From Candidatus Obscuribacterales bacterium (GTDB lineage: Bacteria; Cyanobacteriota; Vampirovibrionia; Obscuribacterales; Obscuribacteraceae): 64,000 bases of DNA. Every line of letters begins with the position of its first letter. Positions within the stretch are counted from its first letter, which is position 1. A program made the translations under genes and the position numbers. The stretch spans positions 896,001 through 960,000 of the forward strand of contig CBDDIJ010000003.1 of NCBI GenBank assembly GCA_965228855.1, given 5' to 3'. Shown here one piece after another: positions 49,392 to 59,256 of this stretch. The notes below the pieces were generated by a model, which was given only the letters and a program-made list of their open reading frames with translations, had not been told where the DNA came from and did no database searches.

Positions 49392-50498
49392 CTAATACTT
49401 TCTCAACAAGTCAAACAATTCGGCAAGACTTTCATCCATCGACGTAATCTCAGCGCGAAGATCTTGAAGCATCGCAGTTCTATCTTCGAGAATGTCTATG
49501 GTCATGGTCGTGTCTTTTTCGTGCGGATGTCCGGTCAGTTTTTTTATTCGAGAGTGTTGATGCTGTTTATGTCTTCCAGAGTGCGTAAAACAAAAATTTA
49601 ATTTCTGCCAGCGAGTTAGCATGATCTGGGCGCGATTAGTTCCAGTGCCGTCGGGTGGTGTGCTGGACAGAAACGCCCAAACGCTTGCCGGATATCCGGA
49701 TTGCTCGACAGTAGGGTCAAAGATCTTTGCAAGCATACTCGGAAGCGGAATCTGTGAGCGATCGCCCGCATGCTCAGCTCTGAATGCCCAATAAGATAAG
49801 GCCGACTGACCTGTTCCCTCGAATATGTCGACGCTGTTACTCGCGAATCTCGATAGATCGCTCATCTCTAAGGCACCGGAGATAATACCAGTCAAACCGC
49901 CGGCGACAAAGTCCGCGTAGGTGTTGTATCTGATTGCCTTATCCCGAAGCTCGGTCAAGTAAGCTGTTTTGCTTGAGTCTTTGGCAATCTCTCTGTCGAT
50001 CACATTCGTGCATCGACGGACATCAAACCCCAGTTCTGCAAGTCTTTCCGTGATCTTTTGTTTACTGATGAGATAGGCGATAGCGTTGTCAGACGATTTG
50101 TTTTGTTGGAAAGCTTTGAATGAATCATCGAGCGCGGCAATAGCGGGGCCGAGATTCCAAATTCTAACCATCTCGAGGGTGACTGTGGACAGACCGTAAT
50201 CGTTGCTCAGTACAGGTATACCCTGAGCGATTAGGTTCGACTTCTCCGGGGTCTTTGGTGTTACCGATGGTGCGTCTTTCGAGAAAAGACCTGCATGATC
50301 GGGTGTAAGGTCCGGAATGAACGTCTTGGCAGGTGCTGACTTCTGAGCTGTCGGTTTTGTGCCGTTAATCGTCAAGAGGACCGGGACATCGGGAACCTCG
50401 GTTCCCGCCGGGTGCGGAGAAACAGTCTCGGCGTGCGAAGCTGCACAGCTCAGAAAGAGCATCAGGGTGGCGATTAGGGCTTCCGGAAACCGGCGCAA
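49392..50498 (-). CDS. Hypothetical exported protein (368 aa)
   Basis: Signal peptide ending SHA and helical composition. No family recognised. Confidence 0.7.
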   Translation of the reverse strand: MRRFPEALIATLMLFLSCAASHAETVSPHPAGTEVPDVPVLLTINGTKPTAQKSAPAKTFIPDLTPDHAGLFSKDAPSVTPKTPEKSNLIAQGIPVLSNDYGLSTVTLEMVRIWNLGPAIAALDDSFKAFQQNKSSDNAIAYLISKQKITERLAELGFDVRRCTNVIDREIAKDSSKTAYLTELRDKAIRYNTYADFVAGGLTGIISGALEMSDLSRFASNSVDIFEGTGQSALSYWAFRAEHAGDRSQIPLPSMLAKIFDPTVEQSGYPASVWAFLSSTPPDGTGTNRAQIMLTRWQKLNFCFTHSGRHKQHQHSRIKKLTGHPHEKDTTMTIDILEDRTAMLQDLRAEITSMDESLAELFDLLRKY

Positions 50499-50711
50499 AC
50501 GTTTTCTTTCCTGACAGATTAATACCGTCAGTAATGTTCGCAGCTAAGCCTAGTCTTGTGAACCCTGGAAAGTTTAATTGTGTTCCACTTGTCCATTTCC
50601 ACCCCAATGGCTGGCACCTTCTAAGATCGAAACCTGTATTGTCGACTGCGACTAGCTGCCGAATGTTCGTTGAACGTTGTAGACTTAAAGTGTCCTGGGG
50701 TAGTTCGATTT

Positions 50712-51530
50712 ATGTGCGGAAGATACACGCAAACTCATACCCACAAAGAGATTATGGAACGCTTCGATCTTGATGCGTTGTTCATGGATCTGGATCCGCG
50801 ATACAACATTTCGCCGACGCAGACCGTTCCCATAATTCTCGAACGTGACACCGACGATAACAAAACGGTTCGCGTGCTCGACGCAAGCAGTTGGGGTTTG
50901 ATCCCCGGATTTGTGAAGGACCCGCGGTTGTTGAAGCCGATGATAAATGCGCGAGCGGAAACGTTGATGGAGAAGCGCATGTTCAAAGGCGCCTTTTTGA
51001 GTCGGCGCTGTTTGATACCAGCCGATGGTTTTTACGAATGGCTCACCGAGAATAAGAAAAAACAGCCTGTGCGGTTTCAAGTAAATAATGGTGAACTGTT
51101 CGCATTCGCCGGAATCTATGAGGAAGGTAAAGACCTCGAAGGCAACCCGCGCAGGACATGTTCCATTATCACGGTTGCGGCGAATGAAACTGTTTCGCCT
51201 GTTCACGATCGCATGCCGGCTATTTTGAAAATTGAGGATGAAAAACGTTGGATCGATCATTCGTTGAATGATCCGAAAGAACTTATGGAGATGCTCAATC
51301 CATGCGATAACGCGATTATCGACTGGTATCGTTGCTCAACCGTGGTGAACTCATCGCGTTCCGACAGTAAGAACTGCATCCTTCGCGCGGGCACGCCGGA
51401 AGCACTCGCTGCCGAGGAAGCGCAGCGAACTGCAGCGGCCGAAGCCAAAGCGAACAAGGCGAGCAAAGGTAAAGCCAAGAAAGACTCTGGCGACGACGGC
51501 GTTCAGCTGATAATGCACTTGCCGAACTAG
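50712..51530 (+). CDS. SOS-response-associated peptidase (SRAP/YedK/HMCES) abasic-site protein
   Basis: The true start MCGRY places the catalytic Cys at position 2. RYNISP, INARAET, GFYEW and HDRMP motifs. Confidence 0.93.
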   Translation: MCGRYTQTHTHKEIMERFDLDALFMDLDPRYNISPTQTVPIILERDTDDNKTVRVLDASSWGLIPGFVKDPRLLKPMINARAETLMEKRMFKGAFLSRRCLIPADGFYEWLTENKKKQPVRFQVNNGELFAFAGIYEEGKDLEGNPRRTCSIITVAANETVSPVHDRMPAILKIEDEKRWIDHSLNDPKELMEMLNPCDNAIIDWYRCSTVVNSSRSDSKNCILRAGTPEALAAEEAQRTAAAEAKANKASKGKAKKDSGDDGVQLIMHLPN

Positions 51531-51568
51531 CGCACCGTATACGGTGTATTCATTTCGCGTACCGAAGT

Positions 51569-54298
51569 TTAGTTCGACTTCAAAATATCGAGTTGCGCGT
51601 TGATGCTGGCGATTTGCTTCTCGATATCAGCGAGAGCTGCTTCCTGCTCTTCGACCTTTTCTTTTGGTGCGCGAGCACGGAAGCTTTCGTTGCTGAGCTG
51701 ACCTTTGACGCGTTCGCGTTCTTTTTCTTTGGCGCCAATGCGCTGATTGAGTTTATCGCGAGTCTTGTCGACGTCGATCAGTTTATCGAGCGGGATGTAC
51801 ACGGTCGTGTCTGAGATCATCTCGAAGGCGGCTTTGCCAGCTGGTTTCTCCGCGCTGATTGTAACCGGGTTCGCGTTTGCCAAACGTTTAATTGCATCGA
51901 CGTTTTTCGAGAGCAATTCTTTTTCGCTATCGTTTTTCACGACGATAACCGCTTCTGCTTCGGCTTTGGCGGCAACGTCGAATGTTTGTCTGATGTTTCT
52001 GATCGAACGGATTACGCGAATCAGGTATTCCATTTGAGCGTCTGCTTCTTTGTCGGTGAAGTCCGGATTGCCTGATGGATAGGGCGCAAACATGATCGAG
52101 TCGATCTCTTTGAACGATAGAGATTTCGGCAGGTACGACCAGAGTTCTTCGGTGACGAACGGCATAATCGGATGCAGCGCGCGCATGAGACCTTCGAAGA
52201 TGGTGTAGAGAACGGTCTTTGTTTGCCCGCCCGCTTCGCCTTCTTGAGCAATCTGAATCTTTGCTATTTCAAGATACCAGTCGCAGAATTGATCCCAGAT
52301 GAATTCGTAGAGATCGCGAGCGACGTCGTCGAAGTCGTAGTTGTTCAAACTGTTTTGCAGTTTTTCCAACATCGAATTGTATTTGAACAGAATCCAGCGA
52401 TCGGCCAGTGTCAGCGATTTTTGATCGATGCCGCGCGGCTCGTAGCCGTCGAGTTGGTTGAGTACCAATTTGCCGGCGTTCCATAGTTTGTTGACGAAAC
52501 GCTTGTACTCTTCCAGTTTTTCCTCACGGAAGCGAACATCTTGATCGCCTTTGACGCCCATCGAGCAGAACCAGAATCGGTTAGCATCAGCGCCATACTT
52601 ATCTATCATATCCAATGGATCGATAGCGTTGCCTTTGGACTTGGACATCCGCTTACCATCGTGGGTTTGGATGACCGGGTGAATCAGCACGTGTTTGAAC
52701 GGAATGGTGCCGACGAATTTCAAACTCATGAAAATCATGCGTGCAACCCAGAGGTTGATAATTTCACGAGCGGTCGAGAGGACTGTTGTCGGATAGAAGA
52801 ATTTCATTTCCTTCGTGTTGTCTGGCCAGCCGAGAGTGGCGAACGGCCAGAGTGCCGAGCTGAACCATGTGTCGAGTACGTCCTCGTCTTGTTTCAGTTT
52901 TTCATCTCCGCACTTCTCGCATTTTGTCGGCGGTTCTTCGAAGGCGGCTTCATGTCCGCATGCTTCGCAGGTCCAGACCGGGATGCGGTGACCCCACCAG
53001 AGTTGTCGGCTGATGTTCCAGTCGCGAATGTTTCTCATCCAATCAAGATAAGTTGATGCGTAACGACCGGGGATAAACTGAATGCGATCTTCCTCAACTG
53101 ACTTGATTGCCGGCTCTGCGAGTTCCTTCATCTTCAGATACCACTGCTCTGAAAGATAGGGTTCGATAACAGTCGCGCACCGCTCGCAGTGCCCTACGCC
53201 GTGAGTGTAGTCGCGGGTTTCTTCAAGTAATTCCTTCTCGGTAAGCTCTGCGATTGCTGCTTCGCGGACCTTAAAACGATCGAGTCCCTGGAATTGTGCG
53301 GGCACGAATTCGTTTTTCATCAACTTGCCGTGTTCGTCGATAGCGACTGGACTGTCGAGTTTGTGACGCTGACCGACTTCCCAGTCGTTGGCATCGTGAG
53401 CCGGCGTGATCTTCAAGGCTCCTGTACCAAATTCTCGATCTACATATTGATCTTCGATTACTGGAATTACGCGATCGGTGAGCGGTAGTTTTACATTTTT
53501 GCCGACGAACTTCTTATAGCGATCGTCTTTAGGGTGAACGGCAACGGCGACGTCTCCGAAGAGCGACTCTGGTCGCGTAGTTGCAATGGTGATGTGGTCG
53601 CTACCGTCTTCGAGGAAATATTTGATGAGATAAAGATGACCCTTGGTATCTTTGTGTTCTACTTCGAGATCAGACAGACTCGTCAAGCAGCGTGGGCACC
53701 AGTTGGTGACGCGGTGACCGCGATAGATCAGTCCATCCTTGTAGAGAGTGACAAACGCGCGGTAGATCGCTTTGACGTAGGACTCGTCCATCGTGAAGGC
53801 GACGCGCCCCCAAGTGAAGCTGACGCCGAGACGTTTGTATTGGACCATGATCTGGTCGCCGTATTGTTTGCGCCATTTCCAGACCTGTTCGATGAATGCT
53901 TCGCGACCCATCTCGTGACGCGAGAAAGGTTTCTTCACCTCGGCGGTTTTCATCTTCTCGTCGTGCTCTTTGCGCAGCTGGCGCTCTACTACCATCTGCG
54001 CGGAGATGCCGGCGTGGTCTGTACCTGGCTGCCAGAGGACGTTATAGCCCTGCATCCGTTTCAATCTGATCAAAATGTCTTGCAGGGTGCCGTTGAGCGC
54101 GTGACCCATGTGCAGATTGCCGGTGATATTGGGCGGTGGAAGCGCTATAGAAAAACGCGGCTTGTCCGGATCCATCTCAAGCTCGAACACGTAACTGTCG
54201 AACCAGTATTGAGTCCATTTCGCCTCGATTTCCTTGGGCGCGTAAGGACCGCTTTTCAGCTCTTCCTGCATTCCTTTTTGTGTGCTCGCTTGTGTCAT
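51569..54298 (-). CDS. valS: Valine--tRNA ligase
   Basis: PPPNITGNLHMGH, DWNISRQLWWGH, KRMSKSKGN and a C-terminal coiled coil. Confidence 0.98.
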   Translation of the reverse strand: MTQASTQKGMQEELKSGPYAPKEIEAKWTQYWFDSYVFELEMDPDKPRFSIALPPPNITGNLHMGHALNGTLQDILIRLKRMQGYNVLWQPGTDHAGISAQMVVERQLRKEHDEKMKTAEVKKPFSRHEMGREAFIEQVWKWRKQYGDQIMVQYKRLGVSFTWGRVAFTMDESYVKAIYRAFVTLYKDGLIYRGHRVTNWCPRCLTSLSDLEVEHKDTKGHLYLIKYFLEDGSDHITIATTRPESLFGDVAVAVHPKDDRYKKFVGKNVKLPLTDRVIPVIEDQYVDREFGTGALKITPAHDANDWEVGQRHKLDSPVAIDEHGKLMKNEFVPAQFQGLDRFKVREAAIAELTEKELLEETRDYTHGVGHCERCATVIEPYLSEQWYLKMKELAEPAIKSVEEDRIQFIPGRYASTYLDWMRNIRDWNISRQLWWGHRIPVWTCEACGHEAAFEEPPTKCEKCGDEKLKQDEDVLDTWFSSALWPFATLGWPDNTKEMKFFYPTTVLSTAREIINLWVARMIFMSLKFVGTIPFKHVLIHPVIQTHDGKRMSKSKGNAIDPLDMIDKYGADANRFWFCSMGVKGDQDVRFREEKLEEYKRFVNKLWNAGKLVLNQLDGYEPRGIDQKSLTLADRWILFKYNSMLEKLQNSLNNYDFDDVARDLYEFIWDQFCDWYLEIAKIQIAQEGEAGGQTKTVLYTIFEGLMRALHPIMPFVTEELWSYLPKSLSFKEIDSIMFAPYPSGNPDFTDKEADAQMEYLIRVIRSIRNIRQTFDVAAKAEAEAVIVVKNDSEKELLSKNVDAIKRLANANPVTISAEKPAGKAAFEMISDTTVYIPLDKLIDVDKTRDKLNQRIGAKEKERERVKGQLSNESFRARAPKEKVEEQEAALADIEKQIASINAQLDILKSN

Positions 54299-54651
54299 GG
54301 GTGAATACTTTCTTGAATTGGGCCTGTGATGTCTGGTTGTAACCGATTTCAAGTGATGAGTGAGTTCTCACCGGAAGTTCGGATGTGAAACGACGGCGCA
54401 TTGCGGTTTTTCCGCGGACGCATCGCAATTATTGCCTTTCGTGTAGAAAGGCGCGGAAGTGGAATTATAGTAAGCTTGCCGCCCCTCGGCAACTTCGCGG
54501 GGTTTGAACACTGCGAAATATCAAGTTCTTAAACATATAAAGGAGGAATGAAGGTGTCTGATGCTAGAATCAGCCTCGTCTCGTCGGGTAAAAGTGCTTG
54601 ACTACCCGGCGCGCGTATCTGTTTAGTCGCACACTGCAGGAACTTGGTTAC

Positions 54652-55212
54652 ATGATTTCTTCGAATGATCTTAGACCGGGCGTAACAATTCAACACAACA
54701 ATGGTGTATGGGCAGTCGTTGACGCCATGCACGTGAAGCCCGGCAAAGGCTCGGCTTTCGTCAGAACCAAATTGAAGAACGTCGAAACCGGCAGCGTGCT
54801 CGAAGTAACCTTCAGAGCAGGTGAGAAAATGCCGTCCGCGATGATCGAGAAAGAGGACATGCAATACCTCTTCAAATCCGGTGACAACTTCACAATGATG
54901 AACACCGCAACATTCGAGCAAATCGAACTCGAAGAAAAATCCATCGGTGATGTTTGCGAGTTCCTGAAAGAGGGTCTGGAGGGCATTACTGTTCTCCGCT
55001 GGGATGGCAAAATCATCGGTGTTGAACTGCCGAACTCCGTCGAACTCGAAATTACCGAGTGCGCGCCGGACGAACGCGGTGATACCAGTTCTGGTGGCGG
55101 CAAACCGGCAACATTGGAAACCGGAGCGGTAATCACCGTGCCGTTCCACATCAAGATCGGCGATAGAGTCAAAGTTGACACCCGCACCCGTAAGTACGTA
55201 ACCCGAGTCTAG
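54652..55212 (+). CDS. efp: Elongation factor P
   Basis: MISSNDLRPG, HVKPGKGSAFVR, RGDT and KPATLETG. Confidence 0.98.
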   Translation: MISSNDLRPGVTIQHNNGVWAVVDAMHVKPGKGSAFVRTKLKNVETGSVLEVTFRAGEKMPSAMIEKEDMQYLFKSGDNFTMMNTATFEQIELEEKSIGDVCEFLKEGLEGITVLRWDGKIIGVELPNSVELEITECAPDERGDTSSGGGKPATLETGAVITVPFHIKIGDRVKVDTRTRKYVTRV

Positions 55213-55221
55213 AGGTCTGAC

Positions 55222-55743
55222 GTGAAAATCGATCTGGAGCAAATTCGCGAACTTCTAACTGTGGTCAGTTCGACCGATGTCACTGAGCTGACAATCGAGT
55301 TCGGCGATCAAAAGATCACGGTCAAGAAGGCTCCGGCGGTGGTGGCACCTGCTGAGAGCAAACCGATTGTTGTAAAAACTGAACACCTCGCCCCGGTAGC
55401 GCCGCTGCCTAAACTTTCGCAGCCGGAACCGACGCCGGAGCTGCCGAAAGCGGATGCACCACCACCTCCTCCTGCCAACACCGAAAATGGCAACGGCAAC
55501 TACGTCGAAATTACTTCGCCGATGGTTGGAACGTTCTATCGTTCGCCTTCGCCTGATTCTCCTCCGTTCGTTCAAGTCGGCGACAGAGTCTCTGTCGGTC
55601 AAACCGTCTGCATCATCGAAGCGATGAAGTTGATGAACGACATGCCGGCTGAAGTCGGCGGCAAAGTTGTGAAAATTCTGGTTGAGAACGGCACGACCAT
55701 TGAGTACGGACAGCCGCTATTCCTGGTCGATCCCAAGGGTTAG
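55222..55743 (+). CDS. accB: Acetyl-CoA carboxylase biotin carboxyl carrier protein
   Basis: SPMVGTFY and the biotinylation motif EAMKLM. Confidence 0.97.
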   Translation: MKIDLEQIRELLTVVSSTDVTELTIEFGDQKITVKKAPAVVAPAESKPIVVKTEHLAPVAPLPKLSQPEPTPELPKADAPPPPPANTENGNGNYVEITSPMVGTFYRSPSPDSPPFVQVGDRVSVGQTVCIIEAMKLMNDMPAEVGGKVVKILVENGTTIEYGQPLFLVDPKG

Positions 55744-55746
55744 AAC

Positions 55747-57114
55747 TTGAGCAAAGTACCGAACATCGAAAAGGTATTGATTGCGAACCGGGGTGAAATC
55801 GCCCTCCGCGTCATTCGCGCTTGCCGCGAACTCGGAATCAGAACGGTCGCGGTCTACTCCAAGGCTGACGCGGATTCGCTCCACGTCAAGCTTGCCGACG
55901 AGAGCTTCTGCATCGGGCCACCGCCTTTGCAGCGCAGCTATCTCCACATCCCGGCGCTGATCAGCACCGCTGTCGTCACTGGCGCGGACGCTGTGCATCC
56001 CGGTTATGGTTTCCTCTCGGAGAACGCTAACTTCGCGGACATCTGCGCTGACCACAGGATCAAATTCATCGGTCCGAGCGTTTACGCGATGACCTCCATG
56101 GGCGACAAAGCGTCGGCTCGCGAAACGATGAAGAAGGCGGGCGTTCCGACCGTTCCTGGAAGCGATGGTTTGATCGAAAGCGAAGCTGAAGCCTTTAAAC
56201 TGGCTGAAGAGATTGGTTTCCCTGTCATCATCAAAGCTACAGCTGGTGGGGGCGGACGCGGTATGCGAATCGCCACCAATCAGGGGCAGCTGGCAAGCGC
56301 GATCACCATGGCTAGAAGTGAAGCTGCGGCCGCGTTTGGCGATGGTGGCGTTTATATCGAAAAATATTTGAAACCTATACGCCACGTTGAAATTCAAGTT
56401 CTTGCGGACAGTCACGGCAACTGCATCCACCTCGGTGAGCGCGATTGTTCAGTTCAAAGACGTCACCAGAAGCTCATCGAAGAGGCGCCGAGTCCGGCTC
56501 TGACTCCTGAGTTGCGAGAACAGATGGGGCGTGCCGCCGTGCTTGCTGCAAAGGCGATCAACTACGAAGGCGTGGGCACTGTCGAGTTTATCCTTGCCGG
56601 CGACAAGTTCTACTTCATGGAGATGAACACGCGTATTCAGGTCGAGCATCCTGTTACCGAAATGATCACCGGAGTCGATCTCATCAAGGAGCAACTTTTT
56701 GTTGCAGGCGGTGAAAAGCTCACGTTGAAACAAGAAGATATAAAGTTCAATGGTCATGCCATTGAATGCCGTATCAACGCTGAAGATTCGGAGCGCAATT
56801 TCTTGCCGTCGCCGGGTCGCGTCGATGCGTATATCGCACCGGGCGGTCCTGGAGTGCGGATTGACAGCCACTGTTATCCGGGTTACAGCATTCCACCGTT
56901 CTACGATTCTCTGATGGGCAAACTGATTGTCTGGGGTAAGAATCGTGATGAAGCTATCGATCGCATGCTGAGAGCGCTCGATGAATACGCAATAACCGGT
57001 GTCAAAACTACGATTCCGTTTCACCAGAAAGTTTTGAATCACGCCGTTTTCCGGCAAGGAGAAGTCAGTACCGACTTCATCGAAAAATACATGACCCCGG
57101 CTAAGGTCAAATAG
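55747..57114 (+). CDS. accC: Acetyl-CoA carboxylase biotin carboxylase
   Basis: [24 protein letters not shown] and [10 protein letters not shown]. Confidence 0.97.
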   Translation: MSKVPNIEKVLIANRGEIALRVIRACRELGIRTVAVYSKADADSLHVKLADESFCIGPPPLQRSYLHIPALISTAVVTGADAVHPGYGFLSENANFADICADHRIKFIGPSVYAMTSMGDKASARETMKKAGVPTVPGSDGLIESEAEAFKLAEEIGFPVIIKATAGGGGRGMRIATNQGQLASAITMARSEAAAAFGDGGVYIEKYLKPIRHVEIQVLADSHGNCIHLGERDCSVQRRHQKLIEEAPSPALTPELREQMGRAAVLAAKAINYEGVGTVEFILAGDKFYFMEMNTRIQVEHPVTEMITGVDLIKEQLFVAGGEKLTLKQEDIKFNGHAIECRINAEDSERNFLPSPGRVDAYIAPGGPGVRIDSHCYPGYSIPPFYDSLMGKLIVWGKNRDEAIDRMLRALDEYAITGVKTTIPFHQKVLNHAVFRQGEVSTDFIEKYMTPAKVK

Positions 57115-57165
57115 ACTTTACCGGTTTCCCGAGACCTGTTATAAAGAAACCAACGTCTCGGATGT

Positions 57166-57237
57166 GGCTCCATAGCTCAATGGTGGAGCGAGCGACTCAT
57201 AATCGCCAGGTTACAGGTTCGAATCCTGTTGGAGCCA
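57166..57237 (+). tRNA. Non-initiator tRNA with CAT anticodon (tRNA-Ile2 or elongator tRNA-Met)
   Basis: GGCTCCA/TGGAGCC acceptor stem with a paired 1-72, GCGA-CTCATAA-TCGC anticodon arm and GGTTCGAATCC T arm. The anticodon arm looks Ile2-like, while the T4-A69 pair looks Met-like. Confidence 0.9.
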
Positions 57238-57396
57238 CTCTTTCAAAACTTAAACAGCTTACAGCATTAGCGCGTAGCCAGAGAGACCGCTGCTCTTGCT
57301 GCTAGTTTTAGCGCAACCTTTTCGGTGGTGGAGTGTATCGATTAGTACTGCGGTCCGGTCTTGAGGATAGACGGGAAAAGGAATCTCTTAGACGTG

Positions 57397-57636
57397 ATGA
57401 ACATAAACTGGAGGCGCTTCTTGCCTCCGAAAGAAGATAAGAAGAAGTGGCGCACGTTCTGGTTCGTCGCCATCGGTTTAAAACTTGTGGTGAAAGTAAT
57501 CGTGATTGTCTCTGCTCTTTGGATTGGGCAGTCTATGCATGAAAGCGCCGCTGGATTAACCCACAAATCTCAAGCAGCGGTGATTGATTCAATGCCATCA
57601 TATTCGATACCAAAGCATGTAGCAGTTTCCTCGTAG
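57397..57636 (+). CDS. Small hypothetical membrane protein
   Basis: Basic stretch followed by one hydrophobic segment. Start uncertain (57361-57397). Confidence 0.5.
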   Translation: MNINWRRFLPPKEDKKKWRTFWFVAIGLKLVVKVIVIVSALWIGQSMHESAAGLTHKSQAAVIDSMPSYSIPKHVAVSS

Positions 57637-57996
57637 AAGAAACAGTTTGAAACTCGCAAAATAGCACGCCGCGCTCGCGTTAGTATCGTATGTGGTGCCC
57701 AGCAGAGTTCCTTAGTTGCGGAAGGTCCTATATTCCGCAGCCTTTTGTTTTGCCGTAACCAGGAGGCGCTGATTGCGATCGATGTACCTGGTTCGTTGTT
57801 TGGGAATCGATTTAATGCTTAAGGCTTCACTAAAATCATACGTCAAGAGGGCGAAATCGCTGGTACCAACCTCATCTTGGGCAACTTTGCAAAAAAATGT
57901 GGTTTTAAACTGACCTTAACCTCAGATCGGAGAGGATGGTAGCAACGAAAGAGAAGAAGCAAAGAATCAGACATCAGAAATCAAAAGGAAAGGGTC

Positions 57997-58110
57997 ATGG
58001 GTTATATAGAAGGTTTATTCATCGTTGCGGTCGCTACAGCGCTCTCCGTGTGGATTAACGATAAATTCGATATTGGCGGCGATTACGTCGAAATTACGCC
58101 CGAAGCCTAA
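57997..58110 (+). CDS. 37-aa single-TM peptide, not in the ORF track
   Basis: AAAAGGAAAGG RBS, then MGYIEGLFIVAVATALSVWINDKFDIGGDYVEITPEA-stop. Confidence 0.55.
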   Translation: MGYIEGLFIVAVATALSVWINDKFDIGGDYVEITPEA

Positions 58111-58196
58111 GCTTTAACCAAAATTGGGATCAGAACTCTTGCGTGCTAGTCTGTTGTGACGAACGCAAGAGTTTTTTGTCTAGACCCGCCGAATCC

Positions 58197-58298
58197 AACC
58201 TAGCAACCCGGAACCTAGCGACCCGGAACCTAGCAACCCGAAACATCGCAACCCGAAACCTAGCAACCCGAAATCCTAGCAACCCGAAACCTAGCAAC
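58197..58298. repeat. 15-bp tandem repeat AACCTAGCAACCCGR, about 6.7 copies, decaying rightwards
   Basis: Read directly from the sequence. One unit has a 1-bp insertion. Confidence 0.9.
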
Positions 58299-58569
58299 AT
58301 AGCAACCTGGCAACATACCTACCCACCTAGCAATTTACATACGACCCACCAAGTCTCAAGCGAACTCCTTTATTCAGTTCCCCTATTAAGGGAAAGGACT
58401 GCTCTTGGAGACTTGACTCGATAACGTCGTGCGGGCGGGCTTTTCGGAGGTATCTGATTTGAGAAGCACATCCTTGAAGCTCGAAACCTAACAAAACCGT
58501 ATCACCCATTAAGGGAACCAACCTAAGATGGCGCAGCGAGATATCTTACCCTTCGAACCGAGATGGCTT

Positions 58570-58629
58570 GCGAGAGCAGTCGTCTCGGAGGGGTCAGCGA
58601 GAGCAGTCGTCTCGGAGGGCTCAGCGAGA
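58570..58629. repeat. 27-bp tandem duplication with internal hairpin
   Basis: GCGAGAGCAGTCGTCTCGGAGGGSTCA x2 plus GCGAGA. CGAGA/TCTCG stem in each unit. Confidence 0.85.
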
Positions 58630-58711
58630 TGTTCACGTTAAATTCGAGACGAGCAAACCTAATGTTTCTAAACCGATATCGGTTTAAGAACTGTTCGCCT
58701 AGTTGTTGAGC

Positions 58712-59137
58712 TCATTTTTGACCGGTAGCGTTGACTAGCGTGTCTGTGATTGTTTCGCGCAGGACCTGGCTTGCATCCTCAACTTCGGTCGTGAGGGCTT
58801 TTGCTTTGTCTTGACATTGTTGAAGTTTGATCTCGGCTCTCTCGAGAAATTTGTCGTCGGGGCGGCCGCGGGACTTTGAGTACGCCTGATCTACAGCACG
58901 CAGTTGTAGCAATGCTTTTCGAAGATCCTTTTCAATTTCTCTAGAATACCTGGCGGATTCGAGGATATAAAAACCGGTGCTGCCCTGACCAACTCGTAAA
59001 TTCAAAACCATTTTTTCTGCTCGGTCAGTTGACGGACCGCCAGCGTGTCCGGCGAGCGGCGCCGCCAGGCAAATGCCAAGCGCGATTGCGAGGTTTCTTT
59101 TAAACGATTTTGATCCCAACATTCTTCTGTCGCCCAT
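58712..59137 (-). CDS. Hypothetical exported helical protein
   Basis: Signal peptide ending GHA, AGGA RBS, coiled-coil-like body. Confidence 0.7.
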   Translation of the reverse strand: MGDRRMLGSKSFKRNLAIALGICLAAPLAGHAGGPSTDRAEKMVLNLRVGQGSTGFYILESARYSREIEKDLRKALLQLRAVDQAYSKSRGRPDDKFLERAEIKLQQCQDKAKALTTEVEDASQVLRETITDTLVNATGQK

Positions 59138-59256
59138 TCCTATTGACCTTTATGGTTCGAAGCCGGCACCTTGAGTGGGTGCGCTTCCCATGCTATCAAT
59201 TTACGCGTCGATTTTTGCCGGATGAACAATTTACAAGGTTCGCCGCGTGCAAGATA

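Noticed and set aside
54299..54651. T-box or riboswitch upstream of valS
   Set aside because: Only short hairpins were seen, with no T-box consensus or terminator/antiterminator pair.
58197..58298. Possible CRISPR array
   Set aside because: The units are contiguous with no unique spacers, and there are no cas genes in the window. The same applies to the repeats at 45732 and 59332.
58143..58424. ORF with NLATR repeats resembling a pentapeptide-repeat protein
   Set aside because: It is generated by the 15-bp DNA repeat, and a 1-bp insertion shifts the repeat frame, which argues against coding selection.
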